Assembly (NCBI GenBank): GCA_031428115.1
Contig: JANPOS010000070.1
Span: 97,418-161,417 of the forward strand
Reading direction: 5' to 3'
Length of the DNA stretch: 64,000 nt
Source of the DNA: Novosphingobium sp.
GTDB lineage: Bacteria > Pseudomonadota > Alphaproteobacteria > Sphingomonadales > Sphingomonadaceae
The notes under the pieces are model-generated. The model saw only the letters and a list, made by a program, of their open reading frames with translations, made no database searches and was not told where the DNA came from. The position numbers and the translations under genes were made by a program. Positions 1 through 9,655 of this stretch are shown piece after piece. Every line of letters begins with the position of its first letter. The first letter of the stretch is position 1.

Positions 1-546
1 GGTGCGACGCTCGATGCCCATCGCCAGCGCGCCCATGATCGTCGCGCCGGAGCGGCTGATGCCGGGGATCATCGAGAGGCATTGCACGAGGCCCACCCCC
101 AGCGCCTGCCGCGCCGGCAGCTGCGCGACGCCGCTCTTGGGGCCGGGCTTGGCCACTTTCTCGATCGCGAGAATGGCAATGCCGCCCACCACCAGCGCCC
201 AGCCGACCACCATCGGGCTGCCGAGCATGATGTCGATATAGTCCTTCAGCGCGAGACCCAGCACGGCCGACGGCAGGAAGCCGAGCAGGATATTGCGCAC
301 GAAAGCCAGGCTCTGCGGGGCCAGCCGCAACAGCCCGGCGCCGACCGCCCAGAAGGTGCGCCAGTATTGCACCACCACCGCCAGGATCGCGCCCAGCTGG
401 ATAACGACGTTGAACACTTTCCACTGATCGGCATCATAGCCGAAAATCTCGGCGGCGAGGATCAGGTGGCCGGTGGAGGAGACCGGAATGAATTCGGTCA
501 GCCCCTCGACAATGCCGAGCAAGATGGCGGTAAGCGTCAGGTCCAT
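1..546 (-). CDS. uppP: undecaprenyl-diphosphate phosphatase (UppP/BacA), 3' end cut by window edge
   Basis: My own minus-strand translation from the ATG at 546 gives MDLTLTAILLGIVEGLTEFIPVSSTGHLILAAEIFGY...SMIPGISRSGATIMGALAMGIERR. EGLTEFxPVSSTGH and PGxSRSG are the BacA/UppP signature motifs. It is absent from the ORF track because it runs off position 1. Confidence 0.9.
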   Translation of the reverse strand, partial: MDLTLTAILLGIVEGLTEFIPVSSTGHLILAAEIFGYDADQWKVFNVVIQLGAILAVVVQYWRTFWAVGAGLLRLAPQSLAFVRNILLGFLPSAVLGLALKDYIDIMLGSPMVVGWALVVGGIAILAIEKVAKPGPKSGVAQLPARQALGVGLVQCLSMIPGISRSGATIMGALAMGIERRT

Positions 547-596
547 GGGCGGGATTAGTCGAAGTGCTGACTGCTCAAGTCAAGGCCAACGGCAAG

Positions 597-656
597 CCCC
601 TCCCCAGTGGGGAGGGGAGTCAAGTAAGGGGGCGCGCTCCCCGCCGGGGAGGGGGG
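597..656. repeat. two adjacent G/C hairpins sharing a CTCCCC-N3-GGGGAGGGG motif, between the M13 peptidase stop and the uppP start
   Basis: CCCCTCCCC (597-605), AGT loop, GGGGAGGGG (609-617) form a perfect 9-bp stem. CTCCCC (637-642), GCC loop, GGGGAG (646-651) form a second stem. Neither has a T tract, so terminator function is only possible. Confidence 0.45.
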
Positions 657-664
657 AATTGACT

Positions 665-2779
665 TCACCAGATGCGCACCCGCTGTTCGGGCGGCAGATA
701 GAGCTTGTCGCCCGGCTTCACATCGAAGGCTTTATACCACGCGTCGAAATTGCGCACGACGCCGTTGACCCGGTATTTCTCCAGCGAATGCGGGCCGGTC
801 ACTAACCGCTGACGCAGACTGGCCTCGCGCGATTTAGCGCGCCAGAGCTGGGCATAGGACAGGAAAAAGCGCTGCTCGCCGGTAAAGCCGCCCAGCACCG
901 GCGCGCGCTTGCCGCGCAGTGACATCTGATAGGCCCGCAACGCCATAGATAGCCCGCCGATGTCACCGATGTTCTCGCCGAGCGTCAGCTTGCCGTTGAG
1001 GCAGGTCTTGCCTTCATCGAAGGGGCAGAAGGCAGAATACTGCTCGACCAGTTTGGCGGTGAGCACTTCGAAAGCGGCGCGGTCCTGAGGCTTCCACCAG
1101 TCGCGCAGATTGCCAGCGCCGTCCACCTTGGAGCCTTGATCGTCGAAGCCGTGACCAAGTTCATGGCCGATCACGGCTCCGATCGCGCCATAATTTACCG
1201 CAGGATCGGCCGATGGATTGAACATCGGCGGTTGCAGGAAGGCGGCGGGAAAAACGATCTCGTTGTAGGGTGGGAAGTAATAGGCGTTGACCGTCTGCGG
1301 CAGCATGAACCACTCGCCGCGATCGACCGGCTTGCCGATCCGCGCGAGCTGGAAGTCGGTTCCCCAGCGGATCGCCTCGATGCCATTCGCCAGCGGGTCG
1401 CTGGGCGAAATGGCGAGGCCTGCATAACGCTTGAAGCGCATCGGTGCGCCGATCTTGGTGGTGAAAGCGGCGAGCTTGGCTTGCGCTTCAAGGCGCGTTT
1501 CCAGGCCCATCCATGGCAACTCCGCCAGATTGGCCGCCATCGCGCCGCGCAGGTTGCCCACCAGTTGCTGCATCGCGCGGCGATTGGCCGCCGGGAAATA
1601 GCGCCTGGCATAGATCTGGCCCAGCAGTTCGCCGATCTGGTTCTGGACCGCGCTGATCCCGCGCTTCCAGCGCGGTCGCTGCTGCAGCTGGCCGCTCAGC
1701 ACAGTGCCATAAAACGCGAAGTTGGCGGCATCGATATCCTGCGGCAGGACCGGGGCATTGTCGCTGAGGAAGCGCGTCGTCATCCAGGCCTGCCAATCGG
1801 CAAGCGGGGCGTCCTCGATCAGCTTCGCGGCAGCGGGCAGCCCGCCCGAGATCTTTTCCGCCTGTGCGGGCGTGAGTCCGGCGGCGGCGAGCTTCTCGCT
1901 GCTTGGCGGCAGATGGGGCACGATCACCGCTGCGGCGGCGCCAGCTCCAAGCTTTTCGAGCAAGGCACGCGCAGTGGCCCCCGAGGGCAGCTGGCCCAAC
2001 TCGTCCAGTGTCAGCTTGTTATAGGTCAGGTCGCGGTTGCGGCTGAGCGTGCGGTCCCATCTGGCGCGGGCAAGCCGGGTTTCGAGCGCCAGAACGCTGG
2101 CGGCTCCGGCGCGCGGATCGGCGTGGCCGGCCTTGCCGAGCAGGAAGATCAGCAGATCAGTATATTTCGCCCGGATGCCGAGATTGCGCGGGTTGTCGAC
2201 CAGATAGTAATCGCGGTCGGGCAGGCCGAGGCCGCCTTGCGCATAATAGACTGCATAGCGCCCGCTGTCTTTCGCATCGGCGCTGACCCCGATTTCAAGC
2301 GGTGTGGGCATCCCCGGCGCGGCAAACAGCGCCAGCAGGTCGTCGCGGCTGCGCACTGCGGCGATCCGGTCGAGCCAGGGCTTTGCTGCGGCCATTCCGC
2401 GCGCATCAATCTCGGCCTGGTCCATGAAAGCCCCATAAAGCGCGGCGATCCGCGCCTCGGGCGATCCGGCGGGCCATTTGCGCTGCGGCAGGCTTTCCAG
2501 GATCGCACGCAGCCGCATTTCGGAAAGGTCGGTCAGGTCCGAGGCATGGCTGATCTGCGACTTGTCGTCGGGCAATTGGGCCGAGTCTTGCCACCCGCCA
2601 TTGACGTAGCGATCGAAATCGTCGCCGGGCCGGGTGGCAGCATCGATATGTTGTGTCTGGACGCCAAAACTGCCCCAGTCATTGTTGGCCGGAGCGGTCG
2701 TGGTCTGGGCCTGGGCAGCGGCGGCGCTCAGCGCGAGCAGCGCCGACGCGGCGAAGAGCCGGAAAGTGAAATTTGGCAT
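665..2779 (-). CDS. M13 family zinc metallopeptidase (PepO / endothelin-converting-enzyme-like), secreted
   Basis: It has the HELGHGFDD zincin motif and ENIGDIGG (ExxxD third-ligand region). I moved the start to the ATG at 2779, preceded by AGGAAG, which gives the signal peptide MPNFTFRLFAASALLALSAAAAQA. Confidence 0.9.
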   Translation of the reverse strand: MPNFTFRLFAASALLALSAAAAQAQTTTAPANNDWGSFGVQTQHIDAATRPGDDFDRYVNGGWQDSAQLPDDKSQISHASDLTDLSEMRLRAILESLPQRKWPAGSPEARIAALYGAFMDQAEIDARGMAAAKPWLDRIAAVRSRDDLLALFAAPGMPTPLEIGVSADAKDSGRYAVYYAQGGLGLPDRDYYLVDNPRNLGIRAKYTDLLIFLLGKAGHADPRAGAASVLALETRLARARWDRTLSRNRDLTYNKLTLDELGQLPSGATARALLEKLGAGAAAAVIVPHLPPSSEKLAAAGLTPAQAEKISGGLPAAAKLIEDAPLADWQAWMTTRFLSDNAPVLPQDIDAANFAFYGTVLSGQLQQRPRWKRGISAVQNQIGELLGQIYARRYFPAANRRAMQQLVGNLRGAMAANLAELPWMGLETRLEAQAKLAAFTTKIGAPMRFKRYAGLAISPSDPLANGIEAIRWGTDFQLARIGKPVDRGEWFMLPQTVNAYYFPPYNEIVFPAAFLQPPMFNPSADPAVNYGAIGAVIGHELGHGFDDQGSKVDGAGNLRDWWKPQDRAAFEVLTAKLVEQYSAFCPFDEGKTCLNGKLTLGENIGDIGGLSMALRAYQMSLRGKRAPVLGGFTGEQRFFLSYAQLWRAKSREASLRQRLVTGPHSLEKYRVNGVVRNFDAWYKAFDVKPGDKLYLPPEQRVRIW

Positions 2780-2864
2780 TTGTGCTTCCTGTATGGCGAG
2801 GCCCGCCTCGCAAGGCGGCACCCATGATGCCCCGGCTTAAGTGCCACCGGACCGTCTGGGAAGG

Positions 2865-4700
2865 CTATTCAGCGGACTGCAACGGCCGTTCGTCGAATTG
2901 CAGTGCCGCCAGCCGCGCATAGAGTCCGCCAGCGCGGCTGAGCGCCTCGTGCGTGCCTTCCTCGACGATGCGGCCCTTGTCGAGCACGATGAGCCGGTCG
3001 GCCGCGCGCACGGTGGCGAGGCGGTGGGCAATCACCAGCGTGGTGCGGCTGGCCATCAGCCGGTCGAGCGCATCCTGCACCAGTCGTTCGCTCTCGGCAT
3101 CAAGTGCGCTGGTCGCCTCGTCGAGCAGCAGGATCGGTGCGTCACGCAGCAGCGCGCGCGCAATCGCGACGCGCTGGCGCTGCCCGCCCGAAAGCCGCGC
3201 GCCGTCCTCGCCGAGGAACGTATCGAGCCCTTGCGGCAGTTCGCGCAGGAAGCTTTCGGCATTGGCGGCGCGTGCCGCCGCCCAGATCGCCTCATCGTCC
3301 GCCTCCCAGTTGCCATAGCGCAGGTTATCGCGCGCATCGGCGGCGAACAGCACGCCGTCCTGCGGCACCAGCGCGAAGCGGCGGCGGATGTCGGCGGGAT
3401 CGGCGGCAGTCAGCGGCACCCCGTCGAGCTTGATCGTGCCGGCCTGCGGATCATAGAACCGCTCGGCGAGCTGGAACAGGGTCGATTTGCCCGCGCCCGA
3501 AGGCCCGACGATGGCGACAGTTTCGCCGGGCTCGATCGCCAGCGAAAAGTCGGCGAGCGCCGCCACTTCGGGCCGCGAGGGATAGCGGAAGGTGACCCGC
3601 TCGAAGGTCAGCTGGCCGCGCCCGGGATGGGGCAGCGCGATCGGCCGCGCGGGCGGGGCGATGGCGGGCTTTTCGTTGAGCAGCTCATTGAGCCGGCTGG
3701 CGGCGCCCGCAGCGCGCACCAGATCGCCATAGACTTCGGTCAGCGAGCCGAATGCGCCCGCGACCAGCCCGCCGGTCAGCACGAATGCGGCAATCGTGCC
3801 GCCGCTGATCGTGCCGCGCCCAACCGCCAGCGCGCCTTCGCGCATCAGGATCGTCAGCGAGCCAAAGATCAGCAGCATGACCACCGCAGTCATGGCGGCG
3901 CGGATGGTGATCCGCCGTTTGGCCGTGGCGAAGCTGCGCTCGACCGCTGCTGAAAAGCGCGCAGCCTCGCGGCTCTCCTGGTTGAACGCCTGGACGATCT
4001 TCACCGCGCCCAGCACTTCGGCAACCAGCGCACCAATATCGGCCACCCGGTCCTGGCTGAAGCGCGAGACATTGCGCAAGCGCCGGCTGAACCAGACGAT
4101 CGGGCCGATCACCACGGGGATGGCAATCACCAGCCCGAGCGTCAGCTTGGGAGCGAGGGCAAACAGGAAACCGATCCCGCCCACCGCCATGATCGCGTTG
4201 CGCAGCGCGACCGAAACCGTGGTGCCGACCACCTGTTCGATCAGCGCGGTGTCGGCGGTCATCCGGCTGGAGATTTCCTTGGGGCTGTTCTCCTCGAAAA
4301 AGCCCGGCGCAAGCCGCAGGAGATTGGCCTGCACGGCCAGGCGGATGTCGGCGACCACGCGCTCGCCGAGCCACGATACCGTATAGAAACGCACTGCCGT
4401 TCCCGCCGCCAGCACCGCGACGATGCCCAGCAGGATCAGGAACCACTGCTCAATCGTTGCCGGATCGCTGCCGCGCGCAAAGCCCTTGTCGATGATCTGG
4501 CTGAAGCCCCAGGGTATGCCGAGTGTCGCCATTGCGGTGATCGCCAGCGCGGCGAGCGCGGTGGCCATGCGGCCCGGATAGGCAAGCGCTGCCGCCCAGA
4601 TCATGCGCAAGGGGCCAAGGCTGCGGGCCGGCCTGGATTCAACAGCCGACTGGGCGTCGGCGTCGGGAGAGGGGGTTTCGCGAACCGTTTCGGCGTCCAT
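2865..4700 (-). CDS. ABC transporter, fused permease/ATPase (MsbA/MdlB-like exporter)
   Basis: The N-terminal half has about six predicted TM helices. The C-terminal half has Walker A GPSGAGKST, the signature LSGGQRQR and Walker B ILLLDEATSALD. Confidence 0.9.
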   Translation of the reverse strand: MDAETVRETPSPDADAQSAVESRPARSLGPLRMIWAAALAYPGRMATALAALAITAMATLGIPWGFSQIIDKGFARGSDPATIEQWFLILLGIVAVLAAGTAVRFYTVSWLGERVVADIRLAVQANLLRLAPGFFEENSPKEISSRMTADTALIEQVVGTTVSVALRNAIMAVGGIGFLFALAPKLTLGLVIAIPVVIGPIVWFSRRLRNVSRFSQDRVADIGALVAEVLGAVKIVQAFNQESREAARFSAAVERSFATAKRRITIRAAMTAVVMLLIFGSLTILMREGALAVGRGTISGGTIAAFVLTGGLVAGAFGSLTEVYGDLVRAAGAASRLNELLNEKPAIAPPARPIALPHPGRGQLTFERVTFRYPSRPEVAALADFSLAIEPGETVAIVGPSGAGKSTLFQLAERFYDPQAGTIKLDGVPLTAADPADIRRRFALVPQDGVLFAADARDNLRYGNWEADDEAIWAAARAANAESFLRELPQGLDTFLGEDGARLSGGQRQRVAIARALLRDAPILLLDEATSALDAESERLVQDALDRLMASRTTLVIAHRLATVRAADRLIVLDKGRIVEEGTHEALSRAGGLYARLAALQFDERPLQSAE

Positions 4701-4859
4701 TGCGCGCCTCTAGCCCAGCCGCGGCAGCATGGCAAAGCCGCACTGCACAAGCTTGGTTAACGTCTTGGCGGAAGCGCCGGATAGCTCGGCGTATCTCTGA
4801 TTCAGGGCAATTCGCCGCAAATCGGCCCCTGAAATTGGCAAGTGCGCGCCGCCGGGCCT

Positions 4860-5588
4860 ATGTTGCTCATTGTGAATCGAAGAGTGAATCGACGCGACCT
4901 TCTCAGGCAAGGTCTGACTGCGGGAGCGATTCTTGCGTTGCCTGGTCGTGCGCTGGCGCAAGCTGCCGCCGATCCCTTGATGTCGGAATTCGACCGCGCC
5001 TTTGCCGGAACCGCGCAGACCCCGGCACCGGCGGCCCTGGTCGAAGCGGCGCCGCCCGTGCCGGTCTACGATCCCGCCTATAATCGCCGCCTTGTCGAAA
5101 TCGCCCGCCGCGAGCTTGGCCGCGCCGGCGCGAAAGTGTGGCGCAGCGATATTGTCGGCATTGCCGATTTCGCCCGGTCATCCTCGCTCCCCCGGTTCCA
5201 TTTCGTCAACCTGGAAAGCGGACTGATCCGCTCGTTCCTCGTCGCCCACGGGCGCGGCTCCGATCCGCAGCACGATGGCTGGCTCAAGTCGTTTTCGAAC
5301 ACGCCGGGTTCTGAAGCGACCTCGCGCGGGGCCTATCTCACGTGCGAGTGGTACAAGGGCAAATACGGCACCTCGATCCGCCTCGAAGGCATGGACGGCG
5401 ACAACTATAACGCGCTCAACCGCGCAATCGTCATGCACCCGGCTCGCTATGTCGATCCGGGCATGGCCGCGCACTGGGGCAAGATCGGTCGCAGCGAGGG
5501 CTGCTTTGCAATGTCGCAGGGCGATTTCAACGAAGCGCTGTGGCACCTTTCGGGCGGGCGGCTGCTTTATGCGGACCGGATAGTTTAG
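4860..5588 (+). CDS. L,D-transpeptidase catalytic-domain family protein (YkuD_2 type), Tat-exported
   Basis: It has a twin-arginine signal (NRRVNRRDLLRQGLTAGAILALPGRALA) and a C-terminal GRSEGCFAM catalytic Cys context. The ORF opens at the GTG at 4842; I prefer the ATG at 4860. Confidence 0.75.
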   Translation: MLLIVNRRVNRRDLLRQGLTAGAILALPGRALAQAAADPLMSEFDRAFAGTAQTPAPAALVEAAPPVPVYDPAYNRRLVEIARRELGRAGAKVWRSDIVGIADFARSSSLPRFHFVNLESGLIRSFLVAHGRGSDPQHDGWLKSFSNTPGSEATSRGAYLTCEWYKGKYGTSIRLEGMDGDNYNALNRAIVMHPARYVDPGMAAHWGKIGRSEGCFAMSQGDFNEALWHLSGGRLLYADRIV

Positions 5589-5649
5589 GCCCGGACGGTT
5601 CAAGGGCCAAACGCAGCTTGCTTTTTGCGTGCCCCCGATGCCAGGAGGC

Positions 5650-6012
5650 ATGATGCAGCCACACACCCGCGCGATGATCGCCGCAGCCGCCTATGCCTTT
5701 ACCTCCGGCCAGAAGGTTGCGGGCATCCATGACCATGCTTCAGGCCGCGACCTGCCGATCGCGGCGGAGGCACGCGGCGGACAATTACAGGGCTATGACG
5801 GCGACCGCGGCACGCAATTCGGCGGCGCGCTGCCCGAGCTGTTCGATGCCGGTGAGCAGGCCTACGTCAGCCTCGAGATCAATGGCAGCGAAGCCTCGGG
5901 CTATGATCGCAGATCATCCAATGCCTACACCGCGCAAGTGAGCGCGGGGCGCGTGCGACTCTATGACTACGGCCCGGGCGCCTGGTTCACTTTCGACATC
6001 CAGGTCGCCTAG
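5650..6012 (+). CDS. hypothetical protein
   Basis: The ORF is intergenic and non-overlapping, with AGGAGG at 5643-5648 just before the ATG ATG at 5650/5653. I recognise no domain. Confidence 0.5.
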   Translation: MMQPHTRAMIAAAAYAFTSGQKVAGIHDHASGRDLPIAAEARGGQLQGYDGDRGTQFGGALPELFDAGEQAYVSLEINGSEASGYDRRSSNAYTAQVSAGRVRLYDYGPGAWFTFDIQVA

Positions 6013-6044
6013 AGCCTCGTTAGCCGGCAGTGCCGCAGTAGCCC

Positions 6045-6590
6045 CTATTTCGCCAGAGCCTTGTCGATTGCCTTCAGCAGCGCGGGATCGCTGGGCTCGG
6101 TGCCCGGCGCGAAGCGCGCGGCGACCTGGCCATCCTTGCCGATGAGAAATTTCTCGAAGTTCCACAGCACTTCAGGATCCTCGGTCGGGGTCATGCCATA
6201 GCCCTTGAGCCGCTCGCGGAATTCGTCCGCCGGGCCTTCCTTTTCGGGCATGGCGGAAGTCAGCGCGGCATAGAGTGGCTGCTTGCCCGCACCGGTCACG
6301 TCTGCCTTGGCGAACAGCGGAAAGGTCACGCCGTAGTTGACCTTGCAGAACTCGGTGATTTCCGCGTGCGTGCCCGGCTCCTGCGCGCCAAAATCATTGG
6401 CCGGGAAGCCCAGCACTTCGAGCCCTGCGGCTTTCTTCTCCTGATAGAGCTTCTCCAGCCCCTCGTATTGGGGGGTCAGCCCGCATTTGGAGGCGACATT
6501 GACCACCAGCAGCACTTTGCCCTGGTGGTTGGCGAGGCTGTCGCCCGCGCCGTCGATGCGGGTCAGCGGAATTGCGGTAAGGTCGGTCAT
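6045..6590 (-). CDS. glutathione peroxidase
   Basis: Motifs VVNVASKCGLTPQY, GFPANDFGAQEPG and WNFEKFLIGKDG match the glutathione peroxidase family. I moved the start to the ATG at 6590, preceded by GGGAGA. Confidence 0.9.
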   Translation of the reverse strand: MTDLTAIPLTRIDGAGDSLANHQGKVLLVVNVASKCGLTPQYEGLEKLYQEKKAAGLEVLGFPANDFGAQEPGTHAEITEFCKVNYGVTFPLFAKADVTGAGKQPLYAALTSAMPEKEGPADEFRERLKGYGMTPTEDPEVLWNFEKFLIGKDGQVAARFAPGTEPSDPALLKAIDKALAK

Positions 6591-6734
6591 GCTATTCTCC
6601 CGTTGGCTGGAATCTTGCCGCGACTGGCCGGTGCTTGAGTCGCCTGACGGCAATTGTGAAGCAGCCCAGCGCTAAGGGCAAGCGGCGCAGTTTGCAGTTG
6701 ACCGCAAGGGCTGACTGATTGAACAGGCCCGGCC

Positions 6735-7619
6735 ATGGATACAACTGCATCAGGGGAGCATGCCTTGCACGCCAATGTCCACATCCTGACACTGGCCTGC
6801 GCGGACCAGCCGGGGCTCGTCGCAGCGGTTGCGCGGCTGCTCGCTGATCACGGCGGCAACATCATCGATTCCGAACAGTTCGGCGACGATGAAGCGCAGC
6901 GCTTCTTCATGCGGGTGGTGTTCAGCCTGCCCGGCGATGCCGAAGCCTTGCGGGCCGCCTTTGCCGCCTATGCCGCAACCAAAGGCATGGATTGGGCAAT
7001 CCGCCCGGCCGATGCGCGCCGCAAGGTGCTGCTGATGGTCTCAAAATTCGACCATTGCCTGGGCGACCTGCTCTATCGCCACCGCATCGGCGAGCTGGCG
7101 ATGGATGTGGTCGGCATCGTCTGCAACCATCCGCGCGCATCACTGACGGTCTCGATGTTCGATGACATTCCCTTCCACCACCTGCCGGTCACCCCTGAAA
7201 CCAAGCCGGCACAAGAGGCGCAGATCAAGGCACTGGTCGAGCAGACCGGCGCCGAGCTGGTGGTGCTGGCGCGCTATATGCAGGTGCTTTCGGACGACAT
7301 GGCCCGGTTCCTCTCGGGGCGCTGCATCAACATTCACCACAGCTTCCTGCCGGGCTTCAAGGGCGCCAAGCCCTATCACCAGGCGCACGCGCGCGGGGTC
7401 AAGATGATCGGCGCAACCGCGCATTATGTGACTGCCGATCTCGATGAAGGGCCGATCATCCATCAGGACGTTGAGGCGATCAGCCATGCTGACAGCCCGG
7501 AAGAACTGGTCCGCAAGGGCCGCGATATCGAGCGGCGGGTGCTCGCCCAGGCGGTGCGCTGGCACTTGCAGGACCGGGTTTTCCTGAATGGCAACAAGAC
7601 GGTCGTGTTCAGGAACTGA
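6735..7619 (+). CDS. purU: formyltetrahydrofolate deformylase
   Basis: It has an N-terminal ACT-like domain and a formyltransferase core ([37 protein letters not shown]). Confidence 0.92.
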   Translation: MDTTASGEHALHANVHILTLACADQPGLVAAVARLLADHGGNIIDSEQFGDDEAQRFFMRVVFSLPGDAEALRAAFAAYAATKGMDWAIRPADARRKVLLMVSKFDHCLGDLLYRHRIGELAMDVVGIVCNHPRASLTVSMFDDIPFHHLPVTPETKPAQEAQIKALVEQTGAELVVLARYMQVLSDDMARFLSGRCINIHHSFLPGFKGAKPYHQAHARGVKMIGATAHYVTADLDEGPIIHQDVEAISHADSPEELVRKGRDIERRVLAQAVRWHLQDRVFLNGNKTVVFRN

Positions 7620-7699
7620 TCGGCGCAAATCCGTTGACTCGGCCGGCAACGCGGCGTTGAATATGCCCAGGCTTCACACGAAAGCCCGGGAGACGAGCA

Positions 7700-9007
7700 A
7701 TGGCAACCGACGCAAAGAGCAACTCGCTCGACAACATCTCACTCGACCGGGCACGCGAGGACGACGCAAAGTTCTATTGGCTGGCCGATGGCTATGCGCC
7801 GGGCGGCTTCGTCAAGGAAATCGACCACGCAAGCCACATTCAGGGCACCCACGCCCTGTTCAACGGCATCAAGATCGTCGACTGCGACACCCATTTCACC
7901 GAACCGCCGGACCTGTTCAAGAACGTGCCGGCAAAGTTCAGGGACCGCGCCCCGCGAGTCGTTCGCGTCGACGGGCTCGACCGCTGGATGATCGGCGACA
8001 AGGATTTCGGCTCGCTGGGCGGCAATGTCATCTCGAAAGACCGCAACAAGCTGCTGGGGCGCCTCTCACACCGCACTTACGACGAGATCCATCCCGGCTC
8101 CTACATGGTGAAGCCGAGGCTTGAGGAAATGGACGCGATGGGCGTCTGGGCGCAGATCTGCTTCCAGAACGGCGGGCTGACGCAAGCCGGATCGCTGCTG
8201 GGCCTCGGCGATGTCGAGCTGGCGCTCTATGTCATGCAGCGTTTCAACGATGCCTGCGCCGAAAGGCTGGAGGAGTCCGGGGGCCGTATCAACTGCATGG
8301 CCACCCTGCCCTATTGGGACAGCGCGCTGATGCTCGCCGAGGCGAAGCGCGTGCTCGACATGGGCGTGAAGGGCTTCGTCCTGCCCGACCGGCCCGAGCG
8401 ACTGGTCGCGGGCTACCTTGGCGAGGATCACAAGGTCAATCCGTTCTGGGAGCCGTTGTTCGATCTGTGCAATGCGACCGGAACCCCGATCAACTTCCAC
8501 ATCAATTCCTCGCTCGATGCGGGCTCGGCGATCTGGGACAATGTCGCTTTCAGCCAGCGGCTGCCGATCAATGCGATGATCCACACCATGGGCACCAGCG
8601 CGACCATGGCCAATTTCATGGTCTCAGGCATTCTCGACAAGTATGAGGACCTCAAGATCGGGCTGATCGAAAGCGGCATCGGCTGGGTGCCTTTCGTGCT
8701 CGAAATGCTCGAGCACCAGTGCGACGAGTTTCGCACGGTCGAGACCATGGGTCTCGGCAAACGGCCGAAGGAGTACTTTGCCAAGAACTTCTGGGTCTCG
8801 TTCTGGTTCGAAACCTTCGCGCCGCAGCACATGCTCGAGGAGATCGGCATCGACCGCGTATTGTTCGAAACCGACTTCCCGCACCCGACTTCGCTTTATC
8901 CCGGCGTACAGGAAAAGCTGGTCGAGCAATTGGGCGGCTATGATTACGAAACCCGCAAGCGCATTCTCGAGCGCAACGCGGCGGAACTGTTCAACCTCGA
9001 TTTCTGA
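7700..9007 (+). CDS. amidohydrolase family protein (amidohydrolase_2 / ACMSD-LigW-like)
   Basis: It has an IVDCDTHFTEP metal-binding start and a C-terminal VLFETDFPHP motif, both typical of the amidohydrolase_2 decarboxylase/hydratase family. Confidence 0.8.
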   Translation: MATDAKSNSLDNISLDRAREDDAKFYWLADGYAPGGFVKEIDHASHIQGTHALFNGIKIVDCDTHFTEPPDLFKNVPAKFRDRAPRVVRVDGLDRWMIGDKDFGSLGGNVISKDRNKLLGRLSHRTYDEIHPGSYMVKPRLEEMDAMGVWAQICFQNGGLTQAGSLLGLGDVELALYVMQRFNDACAERLEESGGRINCMATLPYWDSALMLAEAKRVLDMGVKGFVLPDRPERLVAGYLGEDHKVNPFWEPLFDLCNATGTPINFHINSSLDAGSAIWDNVAFSQRLPINAMIHTMGTSATMANFMVSGILDKYEDLKIGLIESGIGWVPFVLEMLEHQCDEFRTVETMGLGKRPKEYFAKNFWVSFWFETFAPQHMLEEIGIDRVLFETDFPHPTSLYPGVQEKLVEQLGGYDYETRKRILERNAAELFNLDF

Positions 9008-9017
9008 GCGGGCTGGA

Positions 9018-9075
9018 CTAGGGTGCTGACTGTGATTGCATCAAAGTCAGCACCCTAGATTGTTGTTTTGTCTTG
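9018..9075 (+). terminator. rho-independent terminator after the 7700-9007 gene
   Basis: CTAGGGTGCTGACT (9018-9031) and AGTCAGCACCCTAG (9045-9058) form a perfect 14-bp stem with a 13-nt loop, followed by ATTGTTGTTTTGTCTTGATTT. Confidence 0.8.
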
Positions 9076-9175
9076 ATTTCCGAGTCGCCAGATGATTCCA
9101 TCTGGCTCGAAATCACTCTAGCCGGATGACCGGGGACACGGTAAGCTGGGTCTCCGTTCTTCTGGAGCCATTGCC

Positions 9176-9655
9176 ATGCCCACCGCGCTGATCGTCAACG
9201 GCAAGGCCGTCGCCCTTGAGGCCGAGCCCGACACGCCCTTGCTCTGGGCGCTGCGCGAGGAGCTGGGACTGACCGGCACGAAGTTCGGCTGCGGAATTGC
9301 GGCTTGCGGGGCCTGTTCAGTCCATGTCGATGGCCAGATCACCCGCTCCTGCTCGATTGCGCTTGGCGATGCGGCGGGCAAATCGGTCACGACGATCGAG
9401 GGGCTGAAAGCTGCCGATGGCACGCTCCACGCCGTCCAGCAGGCCTGGATCGCAGCCCAGGTGCCGCAGTGCGGCTATTGCCAGTCCGGCCAGATCATGG
9501 CGGCGGTGGCGCTGATCCGCGAGACCGGGCGGCCGAGCGCGAGCCAGGTCGACGCAGCAATGACCAACTTGTGCCGCTGCGGCACCTATCCGCGAATCCG
9601 CGAGGCAATTCTGGCTGCAACCGGCCAAGCCGCCGCGAAAGCGGGAGAAGCCTGA
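9176..9655 (+). CDS. (2Fe-2S)-binding small subunit of an IorAB/aldehyde-oxidoreductase-type molybdoenzyme
   Basis: It has the two cluster motifs [11 protein letters not shown] and CGYCQSG...CRCGTY. Its stop overlaps the next start (TGATG). Confidence 0.9.
   Translation: MPTALIVNGKAVALEAEPDTPLLWALREELGLTGTKFGCGIAACGACSVHVDGQITRSCSIALGDAAGKSVTTIEGLKAADGTLHAVQQAWIAAQVPQCGYCQSGQIMAAVALIRETGRPSASQVDAAMTNLCRCGTYPRIREAILAATGQAAAKAGEA

Noticed and set aside
1136-2827. Very long ORFs antisense to, or out of frame with, confidently identified genes. Examples are 1136-2827, 2841-3953, 10231-11187, 13036-14754, 18920-19975, 21683-22960, 24820-25941, 27647-28828, 28768-29781, 31077-32300, 33336-34769, 36849-38078, 52703-54355, 55405-57351, 57572-58624 and 61054-62490.
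   Set aside because: Their translations are Arg/Ala/Gly/Pro-rich with no motifs, as expected for stop-poor alternative frames in GC-rich DNA. In each case the opposite or other frame carries a protein with clear family motifs.
7634-7664. A possible sigma-70 promoter, TTGACT (7634-7639) with TTGAAT or GAATAT 17-19 nt downstream, ahead of the 7700 gene.
   Set aside because: The -10 match is weak, alphaproteobacterial promoters are poorly predicted by eye, and there is no supporting evidence.
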